Positions 42,819 to 55,436 of a stretch of 64,000 bases of DNA are shown here, in pieces. The DNA is taken from contig NZ_JAXMOY010000016.1 of NCBI RefSeq assembly GCF_034669625.1, positions 1,589 through 65,588 of the forward strand, given 5' to 3'. Within the stretch, counting starts at the first letter, position 1. The number at the start of each line of letters is the position of its first letter. The notes under the pieces are model-generated. The model was given only the letters and a program-made list of their open reading frames with translations. It was not told where the DNA came from and ran no database searches. The DNA is from Marinobacter sp. Its GTDB lineage: Bacteria > Pseudomonadota > Gammaproteobacteria > Pseudomonadales > Oleiphilaceae. The translations under genes and the position numbers were made by a program.

Positions 42819-42931
42819 GATGCCTTGGGGAACTGCTTTCCAAAAATTTCCGGAGCCATGGGTGGCGGAGCTGAAGCGCCACATGGAAGTGCCGAAGGAG
42901 CGGTTTTTGGAAAGCAGTTCCCCAAGGCATC
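42819..42931. repeat. Dispersed palindromic element, copy 4 (perfect 28 bp arms)
   Basis: GATGCCTTGGGGAACTGCTTTCCAAAAA and its exact reverse complement at 42904-42931; core GCCATGGGTGGC and CACATGGAAGTG. Confidence 0.93.
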
Positions 42932-43066
42932 GTTGCGCCTGTTGGAACAAGCCGGATATATTAGCAGAAACCTGCCACCGATTGGCCCCGAAACAACCTA
43001 TAAAATGTGCAAATAGTAAGCCAGCATCCCCGATGGCGCCTTGCCTGCACAAGGCCCCACTGATAA

Positions 43067-45059
<1,993 letters not shown>

Positions 45060-45060
<1 letters not shown>

Positions 45061-45539
45061 TGCTGTCAGTCATCAGCTATCCACTGTTTTTAGTCTCGGT
45101 TCTGATCTCTCTGGTATTGAGTATTTCACTGTTTCCGGTGGGTTGGTTTGAGTTCCGGCCCGAGTGGTTGGGACTGGTGGTGTTTTATTGGAGTTTCCGC
45201 GCGCCCGCTCAATTCGGCGTGATCCTGGCGTGGTGCCTTGGCCTGTTACTGGATACCCTGGAATCTACGCCGCTAGGTGTTAACGCGATGGGCATGGCTT
45301 TGATTGCGTTTCTGGTTTTGACCGTGCACCAGCGCCTTCGTATGTACCCGCTGCCTCAGCAATGTCTTATGGTGTTCTTGTTGCTGGGCATCAATCAGAT
45401 GCTGGTGCATTTTCTTAAGCAGCTTGTAGTAGGTGCTGAAAATACTGGCTTCAGTTATCTGTGGCCTGCGCTAACCAGTGCCTTGATCTGGCCCCTGTTA
45501 AGTAGTGTGCTGGACCATATCAATCGAAAACTGGGATAA
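45060..45539 (+). CDS. mreD: Rod shape-determining protein MreD
   Basis: Hydrophobic 159 aa; RPEW..LVVFYW, GLLLD; operon position. Confidence 0.93.
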
Positions 45540-45545
45540 ATCACT

Positions 45546-46148
45546 ATGCCTGATCTGATTCTTGCTTCCGCCTCCCCCCGGCGCGCTGAGTTGCTTCAGC
45601 AGATAGGCTTAAGTTTTCAAGTACAGCCGGCGGATATTGATGAAACGCCTGCTTCGCTTGAAACTCCTGAACACTACGTTGAGCGGCTGGCTCGGGAAAA
45701 GGCATTGTGTATCGCGCGTGAGCATCCAGAGAAACTGGTTCTGGGCTCCGATACCTCTGTGATACACAATGAGGAAATTCTGGGTAAACCCGAGTCGACC
45801 GAGCAAGCTGTGGGCATGCTGCAGGCGTTGTCTGGAAGCACCCATCAGGTGTTAACCGCCGTGGCGCTGGCCAAAGGTTCTGAGTGCTGGTCCCGTGTTG
45901 TGGTCACCGATGTCACGTTCCGGGAACTTGAGGCCGCAGAGATTCGCGCCTATGTCGCTAGCGGCGAGCCCATGGATAAAGCAGGAAGTTATGGCATTCA
46001 GGGGCTGGGGGGCATTTTTGTCAGTTCCATCAAGGGTAGTTACAGTGCGGTCGTGGGGCTTCCTCTTCAGGAAACCTCAGCATTACTCGCCCAAGCGGGC
46101 CATCCCGTGACGCAGTTCTGGCCGAGCACTAAGGAGAGTAAACGATGA
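45546..46148 (+). CDS. maf: Maf family nucleoside triphosphate pyrophosphatase (YhdE)
   Basis: [37 protein letters not shown] and VVGLP. Confidence 0.95.
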   Translation: MPDLILASASPRRAELLQQIGLSFQVQPADIDETPASLETPEHYVERLAREKALCIAREHPEKLVLGSDTSVIHNEEILGKPESTEQAVGMLQALSGSTHQVLTAVALAKGSECWSRVVVTDVTFRELEAAEIRAYVASGEPMDKAGSYGIQGLGGIFVSSIKGSYSAVVGLPLQETSALLAQAGHPVTQFWPSTKESKR

Positions 46149-47626
46149 GTGAAGAAATCCTGATCAACGTAACGCCAGTGGAAACCCGAGTGGCGTTGGT
46201 CGAAAACGGCATGCTGCAGGAAGCGTACATCGAGCGGACCAGCCGCAAAGGGATTGTCGGTAATATCTACAAAGGGAAAGTGGTGCGAGTGTTGCCGGGT
46301 ATGGAGGCCGCATTCGTTGATATTGGGCTTGAGCGAGCCGCGTTTATACATGCTTCGGATGTTGTGGCCAGTCAGCCTCCAGCGGAGGAAGAAGGTGACG
46401 GACCAAGAGTGGTTCCGGATATTCGAACGCTCCTGCGGGAAGGCCAATCCTTAGTCGTTCAGGTCACCAAAGATCCGATTGGCACCAAAGGTGCGCGCCT
46501 GACCACGCAACTTTCTGTGCCGTCCCGTTATCTGGTGTTCATGCCAGGGGTTAAGCATATTGGCATCTCCCAGCGTATTGAAGATGACAGCGAGCGTGCT
46601 CGACTGAAGTCGATTATTGAAGAAGCGTCTGCCGAACATCAGGAAGTTGATGGTGGTTACATCATCCGAACGGCGGCCGAAGGCGCGCAGTCTGAAGAAC
46701 TCATCGCTGATATGGTTTATCTGCACCGTCTGAGCCAATCTGTGCATGAACGCATCGCCAAAGCGCCGGCACCCTCGGCGGTGTATCAGGACCTGCCGCT
46801 GTTCATCCGTACGATTCGTGATTTGATTCGGCCGCAAACGGAAAAAGTACGCATCGACAGTCGGGAAAGCTATCAGCGTGTGATGGATTTTGTGCATGAG
46901 TTCGTCACCGAGTTTGCCGACAAGGTCGAGTATTACCCGGGCGAGCGACCCATTTTTGATCTTTACTCGGTTGAAGACGAAATCCAAAAAGCGTTGAGTC
47001 GTAAAGTTCAGCTCAAATCCGGTGGTTACGTCATTATCGATCAAACCGAAGCGATGACCACCATCGACATCAACACCGGAGCCTTTGTCGGTCACCGAAA
47101 CCTTGAAGAAACCATCTTCAAAACCAATCTTGAAGCGGCCAGATCGATCAGTCGGCAACTGAGACTCCGAAACCTTGGCGGCATCATTATCATCGATTTT
47201 ATCGACATGGATGACACGGAGCACCAGCGGCAGGTGCACCGAATGCTTGAGAAGATGCTCGAGCGTGACCATGCAAAAACGAAGATCACCGGCGTTTCTG
47301 AACTGGGCTTGGTGGAAATGACGCGCAAGCGCACCACCGAGAGTCTTGGGCAGGTGCTGTGTGAGCCATGCCCGATCTGCGACGGCCGGGGCTTTCTGAA
47401 AACCTCCGAAACCGTCTGCTACGAGATCTTCCGGGAAATTCTCCGGGTAAACCGGGTCTACGAGGCAGAGAGTTATCTGGTGATGGCGTCCCAGCACGTG
47501 GTTGACCGATTGCTCGACGAAGAGTCCGATAACGTGGCGGACCTTGAGACCTTCATCAAAAAGACCATTCGATTCCAGGTTGAGCCTTTCTACAGCCAGG
47601 AGCAGTATGATGTGGTACTGCTCTGA
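46145..47626 (+). CDS. rng: Ribonuclease G
   Basis: [40 protein letters not shown] and EMTRKR. Confidence 0.97.
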   Translation: MSEEILINVTPVETRVALVENGMLQEAYIERTSRKGIVGNIYKGKVVRVLPGMEAAFVDIGLERAAFIHASDVVASQPPAEEEGDGPRVVPDIRTLLREGQSLVVQVTKDPIGTKGARLTTQLSVPSRYLVFMPGVKHIGISQRIEDDSERARLKSIIEEASAEHQEVDGGYIIRTAAEGAQSEELIADMVYLHRLSQSVHERIAKAPAPSAVYQDLPLFIRTIRDLIRPQTEKVRIDSRESYQRVMDFVHEFVTEFADKVEYYPGERPIFDLYSVEDEIQKALSRKVQLKSGGYVIIDQTEAMTTIDINTGAFVGHRNLEETIFKTNLEAARSISRQLRLRNLGGIIIIDFIDMDDTEHQRQVHRMLEKMLERDHAKTKITGVSELGLVEMTRKRTTESLGQVLCEPCPICDGRGFLKTSETVCYEIFREILRVNRVYEAESYLVMASQHVVDRLLDEESDNVADLETFIKKTIRFQVEPFYSQEQYDVVLL

Positions 47627-47668
47627 GATCTGAGCAGCCGTGTATTTCAGAGGGGCTGACCGATAACG

Positions 47669-50600
47669 ATGTCGATCCGCGATGAAGGCAGTGTCCAAGC
47701 AGACCCGCCACCCGGAGGGCTGTTAGGCCGTGTATTGGCTGGCATTGCTTCATGCGTATGGTGGGCTTTGCTCATCTGTCTGGTTTTGCTGGCGCTGTAT
47801 GCGGGTATTGGCCGGCAGCTGACGGCCAATATTGATCGCTTCTCCGATCGCACCGCGCAAATGCTCACCGAACAGACGGGATTCGAGGTCAATATTGGCC
47901 GCCTGTCTTCCTCTTGGCAGTGGCTTAACCCCTCCATAACCGCAAGCGATATCACGGTTCAGAATCCCGACACCGGTGAGGTAGTAGCAGATCTCGATCA
48001 CTTGAGTGCGAAGCTGGATTTTCTGTCCTCCCTTATGCGTTTCCGCATCGTGTTTGAAGATTTCGAAGCAGATGGGCTTTCGCTTGTTCTTAAGCGAACC
48101 GCGATCGATGGCGATAGCCAACCAATAGACGAGTTGCTGCAAGACCCCGCAAGAGAAAACGGCAGTTTTCAGCAGTGGCTGGATTATGCCGGAACCTGGC
48201 TGTCGGACCCTGAGGTGCGAATTACACGGGTCAGCCTGACGCTCGATGACGGTAAAGACCATTTGCGCCACATTGATATTCCCCAACTGGATTTGCTGTA
48301 TCGTCGTGGGCTGTTTCAGGCTGCAGGTCGCGCCATGCAGAGCGGAACCGCCACGCAGTTGGCCAGCTTTGCGTTGGTGGGCCAGCGTTTTTTTCGGGGT
48401 GACTTTACCGGCCAGCTCTATCTGGACGTGGACTCTGGGCGGTTGTTCGACGGGCTGGTCGATGACCTGAGCTGGAAAGGCATTCGTTTGGAAGGTTTCG
48501 ATCTCGGGGGTAAAGCCTGGATGACTTTCGAGCAGGGAGAGCTGTTGCAGGTTCAGGGTCAGGTTGAAACACCTTATTTGCAATTGGGTGTGAACAGTCA
48601 GTCCTTGGCTCCGCTGGAACATATCCACGCCCGGTTCGGTTGGAAGCGCGGTGAGGCACTGATGTTCCAGCAACTGCAGTGGCAGTGGGCCGGAGATTTC
48701 GTACAACCTTTCAGTTTTAGAATTCAGCCTCAAGACCCGGGCTTGGCTTTGGTAGCCGATGCACTGCCGTTGGAACCGCTCAGAAGGCTGGTGTTGAATC
48801 TGCAGTTGTTGCCCGAGGTGGCTAATCTTGCGTTAGAACATTATCGCCCGCAAGGCTACGTCGACGACATGCTGTTGCTGTTGCCTGAGCAAGCGGGAAA
48901 CTTCAGTTTGTCGGGGCAGTTGCGGGATGTGGGCGTGCAGGCCTGGCAGGGCGCGCCCGGTGCGACCGGGCTCGAGGGTTATTTCGAACTGTCGGCAAAC
49001 GGTGGCTTTGTTGATTTAAATGCTCAGGATCCGGTTACTCTGGATTTTCCTTTGTTGTTCGTTGATGAGTGGGCCTTTGATGCGATGACGGGGCGAGTGT
49101 CGTGGTTGAAGGAAGGATCGCTAATTCGGGTATTTGCAGACCAACTTCAATTTGATTTTCAGCAGGATACGGTGATTACCGGTGCATTTGACCTAAAAGT
49201 CGACGGCCAGGGTGAAGATAGCCTCGGTTTGCGGGTCGGGGTGGAAAATGGCAAAGCGGATATGCTTGCCGCATTCGTACCCGCTCATGCTGTGGATCAA
49301 GGGCTCTATGAATGGCTTTCTACCCGCATTCAGGAGGCGGACATACTAAGTGGCGAGTACTATGGCCACGGCCAGATTGGCTCTGACGCGCCGCGCGGGT
49401 CGTTTGTCTCTTCGATGTGGTATGAGTTTGAGAATGGCAAGGTCCGCTACGATGATCGATGGCCATTAGTGAGCGATGTCGCCGGCCGGGTGGAAGTTCA
49501 GAATGGAGACACCTTGGTAACGCTCCGGCAGGGACGCACCGGAGGTTTGGCGATTGATCAGGCTCAGGTGCAGATTGTACCGGGGCATATGGAAGCGCCG
49601 GCCCGAATACAGATTGATACTTCGGCGCCTGTACCGGGAGACGCGGTGTCCTGGTGGATGGGTAATAGTCCGCTTGGTGAACTGGGAGGTTCCGCCCTCG
49701 CGGAGGCCGACATTCTTGGGCAATTCCAGCTAGGGCTGCATATCGATTTGCCCTTGAGCGGCGAACTGCCCGTTACTGTTGAGGCACGCGTGCAAACTGA
49801 GGGGGCTGAATTTGGCCTTCCTGACGCCGGGCTGACGTGGCGCAACATCAGCACAGATCTGACTTATCACACTAAAGCCGGCTTTTCCGGTGGGCCTGTA
49901 GCTGCGGAGTTTTTGGGGCAGGCGGTGAATCTCTGGTTTGGTCGAAGCGACCAGGACGATGTGTTACACATCCAGCAAAGCGGCGATCTTCCGTTACCCT
50001 CCTTTTTGCATCAATTTGACCTTGGCGGCGATAGCTCGTTTGGGCTGGATGGCTCGCTGGAATACAACGCGAGACTGACGGTGGGTCCGGACGGAGTGTC
50101 TCCGATTTCGGTGTCGTCGGACCTGTTTGGGCTGGCAGTGGATTGGCCAGAGCCCCATGGCAAAGAAGCCGTAGATACCGCACAACTTGATGTGCAGATT
50201 GATCCCTTCGTAGACGGTGGCGTGCAAGTGATTGGCGAGTGGGCGGATAGACTGGCGTTCAATTTGAACCTGAAAGACTCTGGCTTTGACCTCACCTTTG
50301 GCCATTTATACCTTGGCAATCACCGGCTTTCGGATATTCAGGTAAGCGCTTTGGATTTGGGTGATCGCTGGATTGTGAATACCGAATCTGAACGAGCCGT
50401 GGGTCGTGTGCTTATTCCGGATAATGATGGCGTTGTTGAGGTTGATTTTCAGAGACTTAGTTTGAACCGGCAAAATGAAGACGATGAATCACAGGATGCA
50501 CCGGAGCTTTTGACTCTGGAGGCGCAGTTGGCGGCCTTCCGAGAGCTGGATATTGGCAGCTGGCCAAGCATAGACGGCGAGATTTCTGCCTTGACCGTTG

Positions 50601-51388
50601 ACGGTAAGCCCGCCGGGCGCTGGGTGTTCAAGCTCCGCCCTGAGGATCATCAGTTAAATGTAACAGGCATTGAAGGGCAGGTGGGGTCTTTGGCGTTGAC
50701 CGGCGATATGACCTGGCGCATTCTCGACGGCCGGGAAGTGACCCAGTTTAAAGGTCAGCTCGCGGGTGGGGGGCTTAAGGGGTTAGAGCCGATTACAGGC
50801 AACTCTATCCCCTTAACCAATGAAGAAACCACGATCGAGCTGGATGTTGACTGGCCTGGCAGTCTTGCCCAATTTGAACTGGGAAAGCTTAGTGGCAACG
50901 TCAGTGTGCGTTTGGATGATGGTGTCATTCTCGAACAAAACAACTCGGCGCAACTCTTCCGGATTTTTAATCTCCTCAATACTGACACGTTATGGCGCCG
51001 CTTAAGTTTGGATTTCTCGGATCTTTATGAGGCCGGTGTTGCCTTTGATGCCATCTCGGGCAAAGCCGTCATTACCAATGGTTTGCTCAGTCTGGACCCT
51101 GAGCTACAGTTGGTAGGGCCTTCTGGCGCCTTTAAAGTCAGTGGCAACACGAATATGGCGACAGAAGATCTGAATATGCGTTTGGTGATGGTGCTGCCGA
51201 TCACCCAGAACCTGCCGTTGGCTGCGTTGCTGATGGGCGCCAGCGCTCCGATTGGTGGGGCCTTGTTTGTTCTGGATAAGATACTGGGAGACCCGCTCAG
51301 CAAACTGACCAGTGCCACGTATACGGTGACAGGTAACTGGAGCGAACCAAAGGTTGAGTTGAAAGGTGTTTTTGATACAGGTGAGTAA
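47669..51388 (+). CDS. yhdP: AsmA-like phospholipid transport protein YhdP
   Basis: 1239 aa; N-terminal TM segment, WQWLNP, RRLSLDFSDL..G..FD.I.G and YTVTGNWSEP; follows rng. Confidence 0.9.
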   Translation: MSIRDEGSVQADPPPGGLLGRVLAGIASCVWWALLICLVLLALYAGIGRQLTANIDRFSDRTAQMLTEQTGFEVNIGRLSSSWQWLNPSITASDITVQNPDTGEVVADLDHLSAKLDFLSSLMRFRIVFEDFEADGLSLVLKRTAIDGDSQPIDELLQDPARENGSFQQWLDYAGTWLSDPEVRITRVSLTLDDGKDHLRHIDIPQLDLLYRRGLFQAAGRAMQSGTATQLASFALVGQRFFRGDFTGQLYLDVDSGRLFDGLVDDLSWKGIRLEGFDLGGKAWMTFEQGELLQVQGQVETPYLQLGVNSQSLAPLEHIHARFGWKRGEALMFQQLQWQWAGDFVQPFSFRIQPQDPGLALVADALPLEPLRRLVLNLQLLPEVANLALEHYRPQGYVDDMLLLLPEQAGNFSLSGQLRDVGVQAWQGAPGATGLEGYFELSANGGFVDLNAQDPVTLDFPLLFVDEWAFDAMTGRVSWLKEGSLIRVFADQLQFDFQQDTVITGAFDLKVDGQGEDSLGLRVGVENGKADMLAAFVPAHAVDQGLYEWLSTRIQEADILSGEYYGHGQIGSDAPRGSFVSSMWYEFENGKVRYDDRWPLVSDVAGRVEVQNGDTLVTLRQGRTGGLAIDQAQVQIVPGHMEAPARIQIDTSAPVPGDAVSWWMGNSPLGELGGSALAEADILGQFQLGLHIDLPLSGELPVTVEARVQTEGAEFGLPDAGLTWRNISTDLTYHTKAGFSGGPVAAEFLGQAVNLWFGRSDQDDVLHIQQSGDLPLPSFLHQFDLGGDSSFGLDGSLEYNARLTVGPDGVSPISVSSDLFGLAVDWPEPHGKEAVDTAQLDVQIDPFVDGGVQVIGEWADRLAFNLNLKDSGFDLTFGHLYLGNHRLSDIQVSALDLGDRWIVNTESERAVGRVLIPDNDGVVEVDFQRLSLNRQNEDDESQDAPELLTLEAQLAAFRELDIGSWPSIDGEISALTVDGKPAGRWVFKLRPEDHQLNVTGIEGQVGSLALTGDMTWRILDGREVTQFKGQLAGGGLKGLEPITGNSIPLTNEETTIELDVDWPGSLAQFELGKLSGNVSVRLDDGVILEQNNSAQLFRIFNLLNTDTLWRRLSLDFSDLYEAGVAFDAISGKAVITNGLLSLDPELQLVGPSGAFKVSGNTNMATEDLNMRLVMVLPITQNLPLAALLMGASAPIGGALFVLDKILGDPLSKLTSATYTVTGNWSEPKVELKGVFDTGE

Positions 51389-51403
51389 TTCGGGAGACTG
51401 GAT

Positions 51404-52228
51404 ATGATGAAGGTTGCTGCAATTCAGATGGTCAGTGGTCACGATATTGCCGTCAATCTGGCGGAAGCCGCCCGCCTGCTCAAAGAAGCCGCCGAGCGTG
51501 GTGCCAAAGTGGCGGTGTTACCTGAAAACTTTGCGATATTGGCCACGAACCAGATGCAAGCTTGCGGTGAGCAGGAGGCCGGGGATAGCCCGGTGGTGAG
51601 GCATTTTCTGGCGGAGCAAGCCAGAACGCTCGGGCTTTGGATTGTCGGAGGCTCCATGCCGATGGCGCGCCGACCGGAGGGCTCGGTTATTTCAGGCCGG
51701 GTGAGGGCATGCTGTTTGGTCTATGACGATCAAGGGCACGAGGTCGCGCGCTATGACAAGATTCATCTTTTCGATGCCATGGTGGAAGACGCCCATGGCC
51801 AATATCGGGAATCTAATGCTTTTGAGCCCGGTGATCAGGTTGTCACCATAGATACGCCGGCGGGTCGCTTAGGCATGGCCATATGCTATGACCTGCGGTT
51901 TCCAGAGTTGTTCCGGGCGCTTCGAGAGCAGGGGGCCGATTGGATTTGTCTGCCCAGTGCATTTACCTGGCAGACAGGCGATGCTCATTGGCATGCTCTT
52001 ATTCGTGCCAGGGCGATTGAAAATCAGGTGTGGATGGTGGCACCGGGTCAGGGCGGTCAGAACAGTGACCGCAGAAGAACTTACGGCCATAGTCTGGTGT
52101 GTGACCCGTGGGGCAAAGTGGTCGTCGAAATAGACGAAGGCCCGGGTGTGGCTCTCGCGGATCTGAATCTGGATCACTTGAAGCAAGTGCGGACTCGTAT
52201 GCCGGTGTGGGAGCACCGGCGCTTATAA
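51404..52228 (+). CDS. Carbon-nitrogen hydrolase (Nit1-like amidase)
   Basis: VLPENF, YDKIHLFD and ICYDLRFPE (E-K-C triad), ARAIENQ, GHSLV. Confidence 0.93.
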   Translation: MMKVAAIQMVSGHDIAVNLAEAARLLKEAAERGAKVAVLPENFAILATNQMQACGEQEAGDSPVVRHFLAEQARTLGLWIVGGSMPMARRPEGSVISGRVRACCLVYDDQGHEVARYDKIHLFDAMVEDAHGQYRESNAFEPGDQVVTIDTPAGRLGMAICYDLRFPELFRALREQGADWICLPSAFTWQTGDAHWHALIRARAIENQVWMVAPGQGGQNSDRRRTYGHSLVCDPWGKVVVEIDEGPGVALADLNLDHLKQVRTRMPVWEHRRL

Positions 52229-52241
52229 ATGGCCGGCAGCT

Positions 52242-52769
52242 TTAGTGCTGCTCGGCTTCGTCAATCCATTCTCTGATCGCACGAAACAGCTTGCGCGCCT
52301 GCCCGGTATGGGCCTGCTTTTCGACTTCCTTACGGGCGTTCCGAACCAGATTGCGAAGGTGCTGAACCTCTGCATTTGGGCAGTAGTCGATAAACTCGCC
52401 GACCACTGAATCCCCTTCAGAAATCATCTTGTCTCGCCAGCGCTCGGCGAGATGGTGCCGGCGGGTATGCTCTTCGCTGCCGGCATAAAACGCATCGATG
52501 GTTTTACTGATGCTTTCAGGGTCGTCTTCCTGACGAATGATCTTGCCAATGTATTGTAGATGCCTGCGGCGGGCTTCACGCTGCGTGATGCGGCGTGATT
52601 CCAGAATCGCCCGTTGAAGCCTGTCGCTGATCGGCAGCGTGGCCAGTTGGTCGTCGTTCAGTTCCAGCATACGTTTGCCGAGATCCTGCAGTTCATGCAT
52701 GTCTCGCTTCAATTGCGATTTGCTGGGCCCCAGATATTCTGGAAGTTGGTCATCAGTATGGTCAGTCAT
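52242..52769 (-). CDS. yjgA: Ribosome biogenesis factor YjgA (DarP)
   Basis: PSKSQLKR, LQDLG, RRRHLQYIGK, ERWRD and QHLRNLVRNA. Confidence 0.92.
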   Translation of the reverse strand: MTDHTDDQLPEYLGPSKSQLKRDMHELQDLGKRMLELNDDQLATLPISDRLQRAILESRRITQREARRRHLQYIGKIIRQEDDPESISKTIDAFYAGSEEHTRRHHLAERWRDKMISEGDSVVGEFIDYCPNAEVQHLRNLVRNARKEVEKQAHTGQARKLFRAIREWIDEAEQH

Positions 52770-52786
52770 GTTGTCTATCGATTCTG

Positions 52787-54148
52787 TCAGGCGTAGAAGA
52801 GGGTGGCCAATCCCAGAAAGGCCATGAAGCCAACAACATCGGTCACCGTTGTCAGAATAACACCGCCGGCAAGGGCAGGGTCAATATTACGGGACTTCAG
52901 GAACAGGGGCAGAACGGTGCCTACTACGGTGGCGGCAACCAGATTAATCACCAAAGCGGCCGCAATCACGCCACCGATCATCCAGTCGCCGAACCAAAGG
53001 ATTGCCGCGGTAGCTACGACAACGGCCCACAAAAGTCCGTTAAGGATACCCGAGAGCAGTTCTCGATTCAGCAACCACGCAACGTTAGCGCTGCTGATCT
53101 GTCCGACGGCCATGCCCCGAATAACCAGTGTCAGGGTTTGACTGCCGGCAATGCCGCCCATGCTCGCAACAATGGGCATGAGGACCGCCAAGGCAACCAC
53201 TTTGGCAATGGTGTCTTCGAACAAGCCGATCACTGCAGAGGCGGTAAAGGCGGTCAGCAGGTTGATGCCTAGCCAAACCGCGCGCCGTCGGGTGGTTTTC
53301 ATGACCGGGGCAAAGGTATCTTCGTCTTCATCTAGACCGGCCAAACTCATCAGGGAGTGGTCCGCGTCTTCACGAATAACATCGACCACGTCATCGATGG
53401 TGATGCGACCCAGCAGCTTGTTGTGCTCGTTGACCACCGGTGCTGAAATCAGGTCATAGCGTTCGAAAAGGGTGGCAACTTTGGTGTCGGACAGCGTGAC
53501 GGGAATGGGCTCAATGTCGGTGTCCATAACTTCCCGGACGGTAGACGCCGGGTTGGATACCAGCATCCGGGTAATGGCGAGTGTGCCGATAAATTCATCC
53601 CGCCGGTTAACCACAATCAGGCTGTCTGTCATGGGGGGAAGGCTGCGGTGGCGCCGTAAATAACGCAGTACTACGTCGATGCTGATGTCCGGGCGCACCG
53701 TGATGGTGTCCGTGTTCATCAAGCCGCCGGCGGTGTCTTCGGGGTAAGAGAGAACTTCCTCAACCCGTTGCCGGTCTTGTTCGTCCATGGTGTCCAGAAC
53801 TTCCAGGATCACCGTGTCGGGTAACTGTTGAAGAAGGTCGGCGAGGTCATCCGACTCGAAATCTTCAATGATGTCCGCGAGTTCCTGAGCGTTAAATTTG
53901 CTCAGGAAGTAGCCTCGGATGTCGTCGCCGAGGTGCTGGAGAACTTCACCTTCCAGTTGTTTATCAACCAGGTTCCACAGCAGCGCCCGCTGACGGGGCG
54001 GAGAGGATTCCAGCAGGTGAGCGATATCACTGGGACTGAGGCCGCCATTAAGGATGCGGGCAACCTGCTTCAGCGCGCCACTATCCAGAGCCTCGCTCAG
54101 TGAGCGGAGTCTCTGGTGGGCCTGACTTTGTTCCAGAATATCAGACAT
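52787..54148 (-). CDS. mgtE: Magnesium transporter MgtE
   Basis: YPEDTAGGLM, CBS pair, GRITIDD, PIVASMGG.AGSQ and DPALAG. Confidence 0.96.
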   Translation of the reverse strand: MSDILEQSQAHQRLRSLSEALDSGALKQVARILNGGLSPSDIAHLLESSPPRQRALLWNLVDKQLEGEVLQHLGDDIRGYFLSKFNAQELADIIEDFESDDLADLLQQLPDTVILEVLDTMDEQDRQRVEEVLSYPEDTAGGLMNTDTITVRPDISIDVVLRYLRRHRSLPPMTDSLIVVNRRDEFIGTLAITRMLVSNPASTVREVMDTDIEPIPVTLSDTKVATLFERYDLISAPVVNEHNKLLGRITIDDVVDVIREDADHSLMSLAGLDEDEDTFAPVMKTTRRRAVWLGINLLTAFTASAVIGLFEDTIAKVVALAVLMPIVASMGGIAGSQTLTLVIRGMAVGQISSANVAWLLNRELLSGILNGLLWAVVVATAAILWFGDWMIGGVIAAALVINLVAATVVGTVLPLFLKSRNIDPALAGGVILTTVTDVVGFMAFLGLATLFYA

Positions 54149-54234
54149 GGATCCACCTACGGTCAGAAAACCTCCGTATTATAGCGGAGTTAGGCGACCT
54201 CGGTGAGGGGGAGTTGTAGGTGAATTGCGAAGAA

Positions 54235-54504
54235 TCAGCCGCCTTCGCCAAAATAATCCGCAATCAGGGCGGTCAGAGCGTCGATGGCTTGTTGCTCATC
54301 CGGACCTTCGGCAATGAGTTCGACGGTTGTGCCCTGACTGGCTGCGAGCATCATGACTTGCATGATGTTCTTGGCGTTGACCTTACGGTCGTTGCGACTG
54401 ATCCAGACTTGCGAGTCGTGCTCGGAGGCGGTGGCGACCAGTTTCGCCGTAGCTCGGGCGTGCAAGCCGAGCTTGTTGATGATTATGACCGAGCGGCTGA
54501 TCAT
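54235..54504 (-). CDS. ptsO: HPr-family phosphocarrier (NPr/PtsO)
   Basis: NKLGLHARA (His15 motif), IAEGPDE; last gene of the rpoN cluster. Confidence 0.9.
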   Translation of the reverse strand: MISRSVIIINKLGLHARATAKLVATASEHDSQVWISRNDRKVNAKNIMQVMMLAASQGTTVELIAEGPDEQQAIDALTALIADYFGEGG

Positions 54505-54510
54505 GATGAA

Positions 54511-55395
54511 TCAGATTTCCCCTCTGGCTTGTAGATGGGGCAGCTCGGAGTGGCGAACTTGTACGTTTCGGTATTTTTTTGCGAAATGGTTTTTCAGTTG
54601 TTCTGATACGTACACGGATCGATGCTGGCCGCCGGTGCATCCGATGGAAATGGTCATGTAACTGCGATTGCTGTCGGCGAACGAGGGGAGCCAGGAATCG
54701 AGAAAGCCAGTGATGTCGTTGACCATCTTTTGACTCAAAGGCTCACGCTCGAGAAAGTCGATGACCGGCTGGTCGATGCCGGTGTACTTTCTCAGGCTGG
54801 TGTCCCAATAAGGGTTGGGGAGGCACCGAACATCGAAGACATAATCCGAGTCGACCGGGACACCGTGCTTGAAGCCAAAAGACTGGACCAGCAAAGCCAA
54901 TTCCTGATCTTTCCGACCTGCAACCCGCTGCTTGACCATGTCACGCAACTCGTACATGGACAGGCCGGTGGTGTTCACATAAAGGTCGGCCAATCTGGAT
55001 AGCGGCTCAAGGAGGGTCTTCTCGTTTGAAATGGCTTCCGGAAGAGACGTGTTCTCGTCGCTCAGCGGGTGTTTGCGTCGGGTCGCGTGAAAGCGCTGCA
55101 GCAGAGTTTGCTCGTCGGCATCCAGAAAGATGATTTCGACGTCCATCCCGGTGCTTTTCAGCTGCGTGTATATCGCCTCGAAATTCGCCAGCTCGCCGGA
55201 CAGGTTACGAGCGTCAATGCTGACCGCCATCTTACGCAGGCGAGTGGTCGCGTCTTGGGTAGAGGCTTCTTGCGTCAGAGGGAAGAGCAGGCCAATCGGG
55301 AGATTGTCTATGCAATAGAACCCCAAATCCTCCAGCACATGCAGTGCGGTACTTTTACCCGAGCCTGAGCGGCCGCTGACGATGATCAGCTTCAT
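54511..55395 (-). CDS. rapZ: RNase adapter RapZ
   Basis: SGRSGSGKS, YCIDNLP, TRRKHPL, SFGFKHG, DVRCLPNP and GCTGGQHRSV; start at MKLII. Confidence 0.96.
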   Translation of the reverse strand: MKLIIVSGRSGSGKSTALHVLEDLGFYCIDNLPIGLLFPLTQEASTQDATTRLRKMAVSIDARNLSGELANFEAIYTQLKSTGMDVEIIFLDADEQTLLQRFHATRRKHPLSDENTSLPEAISNEKTLLEPLSRLADLYVNTTGLSMYELRDMVKQRVAGRKDQELALLVQSFGFKHGVPVDSDYVFDVRCLPNPYWDTSLRKYTGIDQPVIDFLEREPLSQKMVNDITGFLDSWLPSFADSNRSYMTISIGCTGGQHRSVYVSEQLKNHFAKKYRNVQVRHSELPHLQARGEI

Positions 55396-55436
55396 AACGG
55401 TATTCCTCTCATGCTGCGCGTTTCGCTTCGCCCGTT

